Below, in pieces: positions 1 to 10,994 of a stretch of 64,000 nucleotides of DNA. A program made the translations under genes and the position numbers. Under the pieces are notes generated by a model, which saw nothing but the letters and a program-made list of their open reading frames with translations, made no database searches and had not been told where the DNA came from. This DNA comes from Squalus acanthias (Eukaryota). Positions within the stretch are counted from its first letter, which is position 1. Every line of letters begins with the position of its first letter. Location of the stretch: assembly GCA_030390025.1 (NCBI GenBank), contig CM059431.1, positions 142,354,001-142,418,000 on the forward strand. Direction: 5' to 3'.

Positions 1-468
1 TGTTCCAACATTTCCAGATGTTCGCCTGCCGTTCTAACCTTTTCCTATACACTCAGTGAAAAGACATTCCAGTTCATCAGTTGGAGTTTGAGCAATGGCA
101 TCGAGATTCATCAGTAATGAATTAATTCTTGTTTTTAAAGCACACTTCCTGTAACGTTCACATTTACTGTTGGCCGAACTAATCACCTGCATATTAATTT
201 CCTGTTACACCTCAGACATCAAAGTTCCAGTGAATCCTTTCACTCGTTCCAAATGGCAGTGGATCTGCTAGTTCTAATTACGGGAGAAACGTTTCTTCCA
301 ATTACAACTGTTTACAGAGAGCCTTTATGTGATAGAATATTAATATTGTTTCCAGATAATTAACACATGAGAGAAGTATCGGACAATACAAGACCATAGA
401 CAGATAGGATCAATTGGAGGCGATTCCGTTCCTCAATCCTGTTCCGCCAATAACTCAGGTGAGAACTG
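1..468. repeat. Duplicated non-coding module, copy A (partial; cut by the window start and by a LINE)
   Basis: Aligns by eye to 5720-6185 and about 10480-10970 (shared strings such as cagtgaaaagacattccagttcatcag, ctgttacacctcagacatc, gatctgctag, gagagccttta, cagataattaa). Stops in the minus-strand frames I translated. Confidence 0.85.
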
Positions 469-619
469 GCATTCGATAAGGTGCCACACAACAAGTTATT
501 AAACAAAATTAGGGCTCATGGGATAGGGGTAAAATACTAATCTGGATTGAGGATTGGCTGACAGACAGAAAAGAGAGAGTAGGAATAAACGGGTCCTTTT
601 CGGGATGGCAGGCTGTAAC
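469..619 (+). mobile_element. CR1-clade LINE ORF2 fragment (left part of a host element split by a nested insertion)
   Basis: Encodes AFDKVPHNKLLNKIRAHGIGVKILIWIEDWLTDRKERVGING, an RT segment. The reading resumes at 2429. Confidence 0.9.
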
Positions 620-635
620 ATAGATAGTCATAGAG

Positions 636-809
636 ATCTTTCATCCCCTCCCCCATTTCCCAGCCCCTCAACTTGCTTTAAAATCTGTTCCAATTCCTGC
701 TTTTTCCAGTTCTGACGAAAGGACATCGACCTGAAACATTAACTGTGTTTCTCTCTTCACAGATGCTGCCTGACCTGCTGAGTGTCTCCAGCATTTTCTG
801 TTTTTATTT
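636..809 (+). mobile_element. Penelope-like element terminal (pLTR-type) fragment
   Basis: Non-CR1 insert within the LINE tail containing ttccagttctgacgaaaggacatcgacctgaaacattaactg...cagatgctgcctgacctgctgag. It carries a hammerhead core, as known for Penelope-like pLTRs. Family assignment is by recognition only. Confidence 0.65.
707..745 (+). ncRNA. Minimal type I hammerhead ribozyme motif (probably decayed)
   Basis: Stem I CAGTT(707-711)/AACTG(741-745); core CTGACGA(712-718); stem II AGGAC/GACCT (720-732, one mismatch); GAAA(733-736); vestigial stem III. Confidence 0.65.
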
Positions 810-2428
810 TAGTCATAGAGTCATAGAGTTATACAGTACAGAAAGAGGCCCTTCGGCCCATCGTGTCCATGCCGGCCATGAAGCCGTGTCTATTCTAATC
901 CCATTTTCCCGCACTTGGTCCGTAGCCTTGTATGCTATGGCGTTTCAAGTGCTCATCTAAATGCTTCTTGAATCTTGTGAGGGTTCCTGCCTCTACCACC
1001 CTTTCAGGCAGCGAGTTCCAGATTCCAACCACCCTCTGGGTGAAAAGGTTTTTTCCAGAAATCCGCTCGAAACCTCCTGACACTTACCTTGAATCTATGC
1101 CCCCTGGTTATTGACCGCTCTACTAAGGGGAATAGTTATTTTCTATCCACCCTATCTATGCCCCTCATAATTTAGTACACTTCAATCAGGTTACCCCTCA
1201 GCCTTCTCTGCTCTGACGAAAACAACCCCAGCCTATCCAGTTTTTCTTCATAGCTGAAGAGCTCCAGCCCATGTAACATCCTGGTGAATCTCCTCTACAC
1301 CCTCTCCAATGCAATCACATCGTTCCTATAGTGTAGCGACTAGAATCGCACACAGTATTCCACCTGTGGCATTACTAGCGTTCTGTACAGCTCCATCATA
1401 ACCTCCCTGATCTTATATTCTATGCCTCGACTAATGGAGGCAAGTATCCCGTATGCTTTTTTAACCACCTGATCTACCTGTCCTGCTGCCTTCACGGATC
1501 TATGTACATGCACATCAAGATCCCTCTGATCCTCTGTCCATCCTAGGGTCCGACCATTCATTGTGTATTCCCTTGCCTTGTTAGTCCTCCCAACATGCAT
1601 CACCTCACACTTTTCAGTGTTAAATTCAATTTGCCACTGTTCTGCCCATCTGACCAACCCGTCTATATCGTCCTGTAGCCTGAGGCTTCCCTACTCGCTA
1701 TTTACCACCCCACCAATTTCCGTTTCATCTGCGAGCTTACTGATCATAACTCCTACATTCATATCTAATTCATTAATGTACACTACAAACAGCAAACGAC
1801 CCAGCACCGATCCCTGCGGTACACTACTGGACACAGGCTTCCAGTCACAAAGACAAGCATCGACCATAACCCTCTGCCTCCTGCCACGAAGACAATTTTG
1901 GATCCAATGTGCCAAATTGCCCTGGATCCCATGGGCTTTTGCCTTCTTGAAGCCTTACAAAAGTCCATGTAGCCTACATCAACTGCACTACCCTCATCTA
2001 CACACCATTTCACCCCCTCGAAAAATTCAATCAAATTGGTTAGACATGATCTCCCCCTGACAAAGCCATGCTGACTATCCTTGATTAATCCTTGCCTCTC
2101 CAAGTGGAGACTTATTCTGTCACTCAGAATTGTTTCCATTAATTTCCCTTCCACTGATGTTAGGTTCACTGGCCTGTAATTCCCTGATTTATTCCCACTA
2201 CCCTTCTTGAATAATGGTGCTACGTTAGCTGTCCTCCAGTCCTCTGACATCGCCCTGTGGCTAGAGATGTTCTGATAACTTGTGTCAGAGCCCCTGCAAT
2301 CTCCTCCCTTGCCTCACACAGCAGCCTGGGATACATCTCGTCTGGGCCTGGGGATTTATCCACTTTTAAGCCCGCTAAAACCGCTAGTACCTCCTCCCTC
2401 TCAATACTAATTTGTTCAGTTATATCAG

Positions 2429-3453
2429 GTAACTAGTGGGATATCGCAAGGATCAGTGCTTGGGCCTCAGCTATTCACAATCTTCATCAATGATTTGGAT
2501 GAGGGGACCAAATGTAATATATCCAATTTTGTTAATGATATAAAGCTGGGTTGGAATGTAAGTTGTGAGGAGGATGCAAGGAGGCTTCAAAGGGTTGTAG
2601 ACAGGCGAACTGAGTGGGCCAGAATATGGCAAATGGAATATAACGTGGAAAAATGTGAGTTCATCCACTTTGGTAGGAATAATAGAAAAGTAGTGTCTTT
2701 TTTAAATTATGAGAGATTGGGAAATGTTGGTATTCAGAGGGACCTGGTTGTCCCTGTACACGAATCTCTGAAAGTTAACATGCAGGTACAGCAAGAAATT
2801 AGGAAAGCAAATGGTATGTTGGCCATTATTTCAAGAGGATTAGAGTATAAGAATAAAGACGTCTTACTGCAATTATGTAGGGCCCTGGTGAGACCCAACC
2901 TGAAGTTTTGTGTACAGTTTTGTTCTCCTTTCCTAAGGAAGGATATACTTGCCTCAGAGGGAGTGCAGCGAAGGTTCACCAGCCTGATTCCTGGGATGGG
3001 GGATTGTCCTATGAGGACAAATTGAGTAGATTAGGCCTATAATCTCTAGAGTTTAGAAGAATGATGGGTGATTTCATTCAAACAGACAAAATCCTTACCG
3101 GACTTGACAGGGTAGATGCAGGGAGGATGTTTCCCCTGTCTGGGGAGGTTAGAACCAGGGGTCACAGTCTCAGAATAAGGGGTCGTCCATTTATGACTGA
3201 GATGAGGAAAAATGTCTTCACTCAGAAAGTAGTGAATCTTTGGTATTCTCTACCCCAGAGGGCTGTGCAGGATCAGTCGTTGAGTATATTCAACAGAGAT
3301 ATTTGAATATTAAGGGAATCAAGGGATATTGGGATAGTGCAGGAAAGTGGAGATGAGATAGAAGATCAGCCATGATCTTATTGAATTGCGGAGAAGGCTC
3401 GAAGGGCCAAATGGCAAACGCCTGCTCCTATTTCTTATTTTCTTATGTTCTTA
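2429..3453 (+). mobile_element. CR1-clade LINE 3' part (continuation of 469-619) with TTCTTATG-type tail
   Basis: ORFs 2456-3025 and 3061-3306 give RT C-terminal motifs (LGPQLFTIFINDLDEG, KCEFIHFG, RTRGHSL, VVNLWYSLP). The catalytic FADD is mutated to FVND. Tail ttcttattttcttatgttctta. Confidence 0.92.
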
Positions 3454-4680
3454 AAGCAGGCAAGGGTAGGCACTTGTGAGTTTTATCCAATGTTCAAGTG
3501 AAGTTTCTGTTAATGTGCTGTCAAACATTCATTTTTTTATTTTAAAATCTTTCCGTTCCTGGACAGATTTGTGTGCACCTTTGGAAGTGGATTAGCGAGT
3601 TGCAGTGAATGGTGGGACATAACGGTAACCCCCGCAATGCTGATGAATGTGAAAGGAATGGCTTGGGCATTGCAGGGATGCTTTATGGTATTGATGTGGG
3701 GTGGTGCCAACTTGGCGCATCATGTGGCAGCCAGGGTGTGCAGCGTCAAGTGAAGTAAATCTGGCCATGGTGAGGCCATCTCTGGTGTCCCGGGCAACAG
3801 TATGGTCGGGTGCTGATGCCCTCTGTGCTGGGCAGCATCAGTTGATTGTGGAGAAGTTTTGTGTTGTTGTTGGTGCTGGAGGTGCGCCTGGTGCTGCTGC
3901 TGCTGGGGCTGATCGTGTTGGGATTCAGAGGACCAAGGTGACATAGTTTGGATGTCACCATTGCTGATGTAATAGATGGCAGGTGAAGTTGAGAAAGCAG
4001 AAGCGATCTGTCAATGGTGAGAGTGGTTATTCCAATGAGGTGACACTGGATACAGCGTTTACTCAAAACACTTGCACCTTGTATAAAGCACAGTCTATCT
4101 TCCAAATGCAGGAAGCAACAACTTCTGAGCTTTGAAAGTGAACAGCTGTGAGGTGGGAGCTGTTAAAGCACATTTCCAGCTTTCAAGTAATGAGATGATT
4201 CCATGGCCCTTCAACTCCTCCCTGCTTACCTGCCGTGCTCCCCGAGCAGCGTGGACCCAGTGGGCGACCTGCTAAACTCTGAAGTTGAGCTCAAAATTCT
4301 TTTTAAGTGGCTCTTAACAAGGTCATAATGACCTAAATTGCCTACCCCACCGCCGCGTGTCGGGTCTGTTCAGAGTTGTAGACCCGACATCTGCGAAAGT
4401 CGCGTGGCGGCGGGTTGACAAAAAAAATCCCACCCGACCCGTCAATAAACGCGCCGCTGAACCCCAACCCGAATCCCCCCGCCCCCTCAGTGTCTGTCCC
4501 GGGTATTCAGGATCCCGCCCGCCGAGTAGTTCCCAGGACGCCATGTAATGGTCCTTGGAGCACAGGGAATTGAATGAAATTAACTGATCTCAGTTTACAC
4601 CTGGCGATTAGCGCCAGCTCCAGATGTGCGGGGGTTCGGGTGCTGCACAGCCAGGACCACAGAATCCAATCTCCCGCCCA
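3454..4680. mobile_element. Probable non-autonomous DNA-transposon-derived sequence (possibly PIF/Harbinger-related)
   Basis: Q/H-rich low-complexity segment (3720-3944, minus), GC-rich end with cccgaccc motifs, and a 10-bp hairpin (4358-4367/4380-4389). No transposase motif or TIR pair confirmed. Confidence 0.3.
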
Positions 4681-4694
4681 TAATGACAATATTA

Positions 4695-4770
4695 GTGCTC
4701 CGGTAGCACAGTGGTTATGTTCCTGTCCTAGTAATCCAGAGGCCTGGACTAATGATCGGGAGACACGTGG
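4695..4770 (+). mobile_element. tRNA-derived SINE 5' head, truncated before an intact B box
   Basis: A-box-like TAGCACAGTGG at 4704-4714 followed by ttatgttcctgtcctagtaatccagaggcctggactaatgatcgggagac, which resembles a shark SINE head. Confidence 0.55.
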
Positions 4771-6194
4771 TCTCGGTGGTCTCCTGATCCAGCTCCCTGC
4801 CTCGGCCGAGGGTTCTTGTTATTAAACTGAGAGCGGTGTTTGTCCCCATACTGTCTAGATTTATTTCCCTGCTCTTTCAACACAGTCACGCGATTATTCT
4901 GGGGATCTTACTTTAACAGGAAATAAAAACAAGATGTTTCAATTCTTTAAACAGCAACTGGAGTTTCATGAAATGACCTGTAAATTCAAATGTTATAACA
5001 TTCCGATGTGTAAAGAAGGTGACGGTCAAATGTTTTGCCATCGAATTCAATATTTTAGCAGCAATTTAATTGTTCACTGTTAACAATAACAGATTTTGAT
5101 GGCTTATGACAATTAGATTTTCAGAGGTGAAGGGGGTTATTTCCAACAATGTGACTATTTTATTTTTGTATTTCTGTAGATGCGGCGCTGCTTAATGTTC
5201 TGTGCAGGTGGTACTGACGGTGGATTCAGTAAACCCGCATTGTCAGGTCTGGTGGTGTAAAAAATCCGTTATTGGAATCGCAGCTACATGGTTAGAAAAA
5301 CTGGCTGAATGTCCAGGGTTAATGTTCTGAACTAAACTCCGAACATGTGATGCTGGTTTTGCTACTTCCATGTTCAATTATTTTCAGTGAGTGATTTCCC
5401 CTTTTACCAGGGTAACAATCTGTGCGATCTCAGCACAAGAGGCCTATTCTCCAATTTATATCCGAAAGACCCTGAAACATTCAGTGTAAACTCCTGTCTG
5501 TGTATTCGGCAGTCCAGGAGTAGGGACATCTTCTGAATAATTTTAATACAATGGCCAAATTATTAAAATAAGATTATGAAGCTGTTGTGTTGGAACGGTA
5601 GGTTATATAGGTACACGTAATTCGTAATACTTCCTCTTGCTATAATTTAATAATGTTTCTTATATTGATAAAGCCTGTTTTAACCCCTTTTTCAAAAGTA
5701 AATATTGCTCCATGTGTTCGCACAATTTCCAACATTTGCACATGTCCGCCTGTCGTTCTGGCCTCTTCCTACAGACGCAGTGAAAAGACATTCCAGTTCA
5801 TCAGTTTGAGTTTAAGCAATGCCATCGAGATTCACCAGTAATTAATTAATTCTTGTTTGTAAAGCAAACTTCCTGTAAGATTCACATTTACTGTTAACTA
5901 ATCTCCTGTCACATTAATTTTCTGTTACACCTCAGACATCCCAGTTCTCGTGAACACTTTCACTAGTTCCAAATGGCAGTGGATCTGCTAGTTCTAATTA
6001 CATGAGACACGTTTATTTATCTTACAACTGTTTAGAGAGAGCCTTTATTTGATAGGTTGTTAATATTGGTTCCAGATAATTAACACATGCTAAAAATATG
6101 GGACAGTACAAGACCATAGACAGATAGGAACAAGTGGAAGCCATTCAGGCACTCAATCGGTTTCGCCAATATCTTAATGAGAACAAGATAGCCT

Positions 6195-6560
6195 GGCTCT
6201 GTCGCGCAGGCGCAGTCTTGTTCCCTTACTCCCACGTAGGCGCAGTATTGCTCCCTGCCGTTATTCCGGGGATTCCCAGTCACGGGTCAGTTTGCCTCTT
6301 GTGCCGGGCGGCGCGGGGCGATCTGTGAGAGACGGTAAGGAGCAGGACCGTTCTCCGGGGTACAGTGGTGTCGCTGCCTTTAAAGCGGGGATTCCGGGTG
6401 GGCGGGGTTTGCTGTGTGCCGGGCGGCGCGGCGCGGGCCGGTGTGTGATTGACGGTAAGAAACAGGATGGTTGCCCGGGTTACAGGGGCCGCGCTCTGTG
6501 ACTGAGGGAACTCGGCTCCATTCAGCACACGACCTGACAGCGCGGCTGCTCAGCCTTGAG
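6195..6560 (+). promoter_or_regulatory. CpG-island promoter-like segment with candidate first exon(s) and splice donors
   Basis: CpG rich. NRF1-like GCGCAGGCGC 6204-6213; kB-consensus GGGGATTCCC 6268-6277 and GGGGATTCCG 6387-6396; GC box GGGCGG 6400-6405; donors ACG|GTAAGG 6335 and ACG|GTAAGA 6455. Contains an internal duplication of about 120 bp. Confidence 0.55.
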
Positions 6561-6599
6561 TTCAAATCACAGCGAGTGACTTTAAAGTGTAGCTGATTT

Positions 6600-7050
6600 G
6601 TTTCGGGATATAAATCACACGGAAATGTTTTGAACCAGGTCAGAATACAGGGAACGTCCGGTATATAAACCCCAGAGAATGTACTGAACCGCGTCATAAC
6701 ACAGGGGATGGCAAGGTATATAAACCCCAATGAATGGACGGAACCAGGTCATAATACAGGGGAATGCCCGGGATATAAAGTCCAGTGAATATACTAAACC
6801 CGGTCATAATACAGGGAATGGTTCGGGATATGAATCCTAGGGAATGGACTGAACCTTGTCAAAATAAAAGGGAAGGTCCGGGATATAAATCCCATGGGAA
6901 TGAACTGAACCGGGTCATAATACAGTGGATGGTTCGGAAACCAACCCCAGGGAATGGACTGAACAGGGTGATAATACAGGGGATGCTTCAGGTCATAAGC
7001 AGCAAGGAATGTACTGAACTGGTCATGAGACGGGGATGGTCCGGGGATGG
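6600..7050. repeat. 55-bp minisatellite, about 8 diverged units
   Basis: Consensus CCGGGATATAAACCCCAGGGAATGGACTGAACCGGGTCAYAATACAGGGGATGGT. Confidence 0.9.
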
Positions 7051-7278
7051 AGGATGGGGTCAGTGAGATAGAACAGTGTCAGCACTATGGAGAGAAAATG
7101 CGCACTTCCGCCTGGGTGAGTGAAAATGCGGACCTGTCAGGCGGCCGGACTTTCACTATGAGGAGAAATACCAAATTAAACACATAGCTTCGGAGCTGAG
7201 GGTATGCAGATTTGCACAAGTTACAATGCAACTGCCAGTGAGATCAGAAATGTACAACATGGTGGGGGGCGTATGTTA

Positions 7279-7575
7279 TAGTGTGTAACCCGGGGAGGAT
7301 GGGCCCAGTGTGATCAGACAGTATGTAACCCGGGGAGGATGGGCCCAGTGAGATCAGACAGTGTGTAACCCGGGGAGGATGGGCCCAGTGAGCTCAGACA
7401 GTGTGTAACCCGGGGAGGATGGGCCCAGTGAGATCAGACAGTGTGTGAACCGGGGAGGATGGGCCCAGTGAGATCAGATAGTGTGTAACCCGGGGAGGAT
7501 GGGCCCAGTGCGATCAGATAGTGTGTAACCCGGGGAGGATGAGACCAGTGAGCTCAGTAGTGTGTAACCCGGGGA
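7279..7575. repeat. 40-bp minisatellite, left part (about 7 units)
   Basis: Unit GTGTGTAACCCGGGGAGGATGGGCCCAGTGAGATCAGACA. Confidence 0.95.
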
Positions 7576-8498
7576 ATTGTTTCTTTAAATATTTGACGTT
7601 GCTTTTCTACTGTCATATCTTTTAATCTAGTTTCCCGACCTGCCTTAGCCAACTCGCCACTCATACCTATGTAGTTTGCTTTGTTCAGGTTTATTGCCCT
7701 TGTTTCGGACATAACTCAATCACTCTCAAACTCAACACAGCATTCTATTATTTTATGATCACTTATCCCCAGAGGCTCCTTTGCTACAATGATATTCATT
7801 TTCACTGTCTCATTGCACAGTATTAGATCTAAAATAGCCAATTCCCTCGTAGGTTCTGTGATATGCTGATCTAGAAAACTATCTTGAATGCATTCCGTGA
7901 ACTCTACCTCAGCACTATCTCTGCAAATTTGGATCGCCCAGTCTATATGAAAGTTAAAATCCCCTATGATTACTCTATTATCCTTGTTACATGCATTCCC
8001 AATTTCCTGCTTGACGCTCTGCTGGACACTATAAGCACTGTTAGACGGCCTATAGACTACTCCCACTAATGTTTTCTGCACCTTGTTTTTTTTTAGCTCC
8101 ACCCAAGCTGTTTCTACATTTTATTTTTTCCAATCCACGTTCCTTTCTCTCTACTGTCTTTAATCACTCCTTTATTATTAGGGCTACCAGTCCTCCTTTT
8201 CGATTCTGCTCGTCTCCTCTAAAAGTCAAATATCCTGGAATATTTCGTTCCCAAACTTGGTCACTCTGCAAAAAGTTCTGTGTAATGGCAATTAAATTCA
8301 ACCTATTTACTTCTAATGCGCTATTAATTCATCTAGTTTGTTGTGAATGCTTCGTGCATTCAGATATAGCATCTTTAGCTTTAACTTTTTTCTATATTTC
8401 CCTGATGTCGCTTTAGTCTCGAATGCCCTATTACATGAATTAATGTTTCTGTCTCTTCCTGACCCACTCTGCTTATCTTTACCCAGATCACTCATCAA
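7576..8498 (-). mobile_element. Internal CR1 LINE fragment: start of ORF2, APE endonuclease domain
   Basis: LKMLYLNARSIHNKLDEL, LVGVVYRP, IIGDFNFHIDW, ILDLILCNE and LGISDH motifs. No RT or 3' tail. Confidence 0.9.
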
Positions 8499-8735
8499 CT
8501 GTGTGTAACCCGGGGAGAATGGGCCCAGTAAGATCAGACAGTGTGTAACCCAGAGATGATAGGCCCAGTGAGATGAGACAATTTGTCAACCGGGGAGGGT
8601 GGGGCCAGTGAGATCAGACAGTGTGTAACAGGGAGGATGGTCCAGTGAGATCAGACAGTGAGTAACAAGGAGGATGGGTCCAGTGAGATCAAACACTGTG
8701 TCTCCCATGTAGGATGGTCCAGTGAGATCAGACAA
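8499..8735. repeat. 40-bp minisatellite, right part (about 6 more diverged units)
   Basis: Same unit as 7279-7575, resuming after the LINE fragment. Confidence 0.9.
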
Positions 8736-9164
8736 TACGGGTTTGTATCAATCTCAGAGAAGAAAAGTTGAATTTCCGTCCGAACTTTGGGGATTTACAG
8801 GAATCCCTGGCGGGAGGGCCGTGGATTTGAGGAAAGTGACAGAATAGAACAGAAATACTCGGCCCTGATTCGGAAGAGGCGGTGGATCAAGGCAGCTCTT
8901 GATCTTACTGTTATCATGGCAATCCGTCAGATCCAGCACTGGATTTCCTGCTGTAAACTGTAGCTAGACACAGATTCTCATAAACCGCAGCATTGAACAG
9001 GGCAGAAATCGGGCGTTGTGTGAAATAGGCAGCGATTATTTCACTGGACGCGGCTGGGGAGTTATTTCAGTTATTGCAGTCTTCAGGTAAAACTGAGTGA
9101 ATATTTCGAGCAATGTGATGGGTTTTGTTGGGAAGTGAGCGGTGTAGCAGTGGAGAAAGACCAA

Positions 9165-10266
9165 GGACAGGGCAGGCCCGTCACTGGGGAGAAGGCGCGA
9201 ACACAAGACAGGCCCATCACTGGGGAGAAGGACCGAGCACAGGACAGGCCCATCACTGGGGAGAAGGACCGAGCACAGGACACTCGCATCACTGGGGAGA
9301 AGGACTGAGCAGAGGACAGGCCCGTCACTGGGGAGAAGGACCGAGCACAGGACAGGGCCGTCATTGGGGAGAAGGACTGAGCACAGGACAGGGCCGTCAT
9401 TGGGTAGAAGGACTGAGCACAAGACAGGACCGTCACTGGGGAGAAGGACTGAGCACAGGACAGGGCCGTCATTGGGGAGAAGGACTGATCACAGGACAGG
9501 ACCTTCACTGGGGAGAATGACCGAGTGCAGGACACTCCCATCACTGGGGAGAAGGACTGAGCAGAGGACAAGCCCGTCACTGGGGAGAAGGACCGAGCAC
9601 AGGACACTCCCATCAGTGGGGAGAAGGACTGAGCGCAGGACAGACCCCTCACTGGGGAGAGGGTCCAAGCACAGGATAGGACCGTTACTGTGGAGAAATC
9701 CTTAACACAGGACAGGCCCGTCACTGAGGAGAAGGACCAAGCACAGGACACTCCCAGCACTGGGGAGAAGGAACGAGCACAGGACAGGCCCGTCACTGGG
9801 GTGAAGGACCGAGCACAGGACAGGCCCGTCACTGGGGTGAAGGACCGAGCACAGGACAGGCCCGTCACTGGGGAGAAGGAACGAGCGCAGGACAGTCCCA
9901 TCACCGGGGAGGAGGACTGAGCAGAGGACAGGCCCGTCACTGGGGAGAAGGACCGAGCACAGGACAGGTCCGTCACTGGGGAGAAGGACCGCGCACAGGA
10001 CAGGCCCATCACTGGGAAGAAGGACCGAGCACAGGACAGGCCCATCACTGCGGTGAAGGACCGAGCACAGGACAGGCCCGTCACTGGGGAGAAGGGCCGA
10101 GCACAGGACAGGCCCATCACTGGGGAGAAGGACCGAGCACAGGACAGGCCCGTCACTGGGGAGAGGGACGGAGCACAGGACACTCCCAGCACTGGGGAGA
10201 GGGACCGAGCACAGGACAGGCCCGTCACTGGGGTGAAGGACCGATCACAGGGCAGGCCCGTCACTG
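9165..10266. repeat. 36-bp minisatellite, about 30 units
   Basis: Unit CACTGGGGAGAAGGACCGAGCACAGGACAGGCCCGT. Overlapping ORFs show 12-aa periodicity. Confidence 0.95.
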
Positions 10267-10994
10267 GTGTATTCGGCCGTCCAGGAGTAGGAACATTTTC
10301 TGGATACCTGGAGTAATTTTTAACAGAAAGTCTATAACAGTAAACTAAGAATATAGGGCAGTTGTTTCGGAACAGTAGTTTATATAATTCGTAAGATTTC
10401 CTCTTTCCTTGACTTAATAACACTTCTTATATTGATTATGCCTGTTTCAATACCTTTTTAAGGGAGAATATTGTTCCACATGTTATTCAGCTTTCCAGCA
10501 CTGGGGGCGGTGCAGTGATCATTCGCACTTGTTCAACTGCCATTCTGGCCTCTTCCAACAATCGCAGTTCAAACAATTTCCAGTCCATCTGTTTAAGTAT
10601 GAGCAAGGCCATCGTGATTCACTACTAATGAATTAAAAGTCCCATTTTTATGGAACACTTCCTGTAAGCTTCACGCTTACTGCAGGCCATGTCACATTCA
10701 CTTTCTGTTACACCTCAGATATCAAAGTTCCAGTGTAACCACTCACTCGCCGGTACTAAAGGCAGATAATCTGCTAGTGCTGTTTAAATAAGACACGGTC
10801 TTCAACTTAAAACTGTGTCGAGAGAGCCTTCATGTAAATGATTGCTAATATTGGCTTCAGATAATTAATCCATGGTAGAAATATCGGACAGTAAAATACC
10901 ACAGACAGATAGAAATAAGAGGAGCTCATTCAGTCCCTAGATCTTGTTACGCTAATCACTTATATGACAGCTTGCACAGCGGCAATGTTCTCTG

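Larger units (their letters stand above)
620..2428 (-). mobile_element. 5'-truncated CR1-clade LINE with (CTCTATGA)n-type tail, decayed
   Basis: ORF-track fragments at 1783-2250, 1691-1915, 1340-1657 and 895-1083 are collinear CR1 ORF2 pieces (DWRTANVAPLFKKG, QHGFVRGRSCLTNLIEFFE, VPQGSVLG, WNSLPERVVEA). Tail tcatagag at 625-635 and 810-828. Flanked by gtaac at 615-619 and 2429-2433. Confidence 0.93.
5500..7050. repeat. Duplicated module, copy B (AT-rich segment + CpG island + 55-bp minisatellite)
   Basis: Collinear with 10267-11725 from tgtattcggc.gtccaggagtagg through the CpG island and the 55-bp repeats. Also collinear with 1-468. Confidence 0.88.

Noticed and set aside
3720..3944. Gln/His-rich ORF as a host gene exon
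   Set aside because: Short low-complexity frame within a probable repeat, with no recognisable domain or supported splice structure.
5200..6100. Decayed protein-coding exon (e.g. NACHT-like LLLDG motif) on the minus strand of the duplicated module
   Set aside because: Stops occur in the frames I translated and several are shared between copies. Motif similarity is only a few residues and needs frameshifts. A tBLASTn or HMM search would be needed to revive it.
6555..6572. Pol III B box (GAGTTCAAATC) suggesting a tRNA or SINE gene
   Set aside because: No convincing A box or cloverleaf, and the motif is not conserved in paralogous copy C.
9083..10423. 446-aa minus-strand ORF with 12-aa repeats (SFSPVTGLSCAR)
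   Set aside because: It is the 36-bp minisatellite. The unit length is a multiple of 3 and few consensus codons are one step from a stop, so openness is expected. The start is GTG, and the paralogous unique part in copy B has stops.
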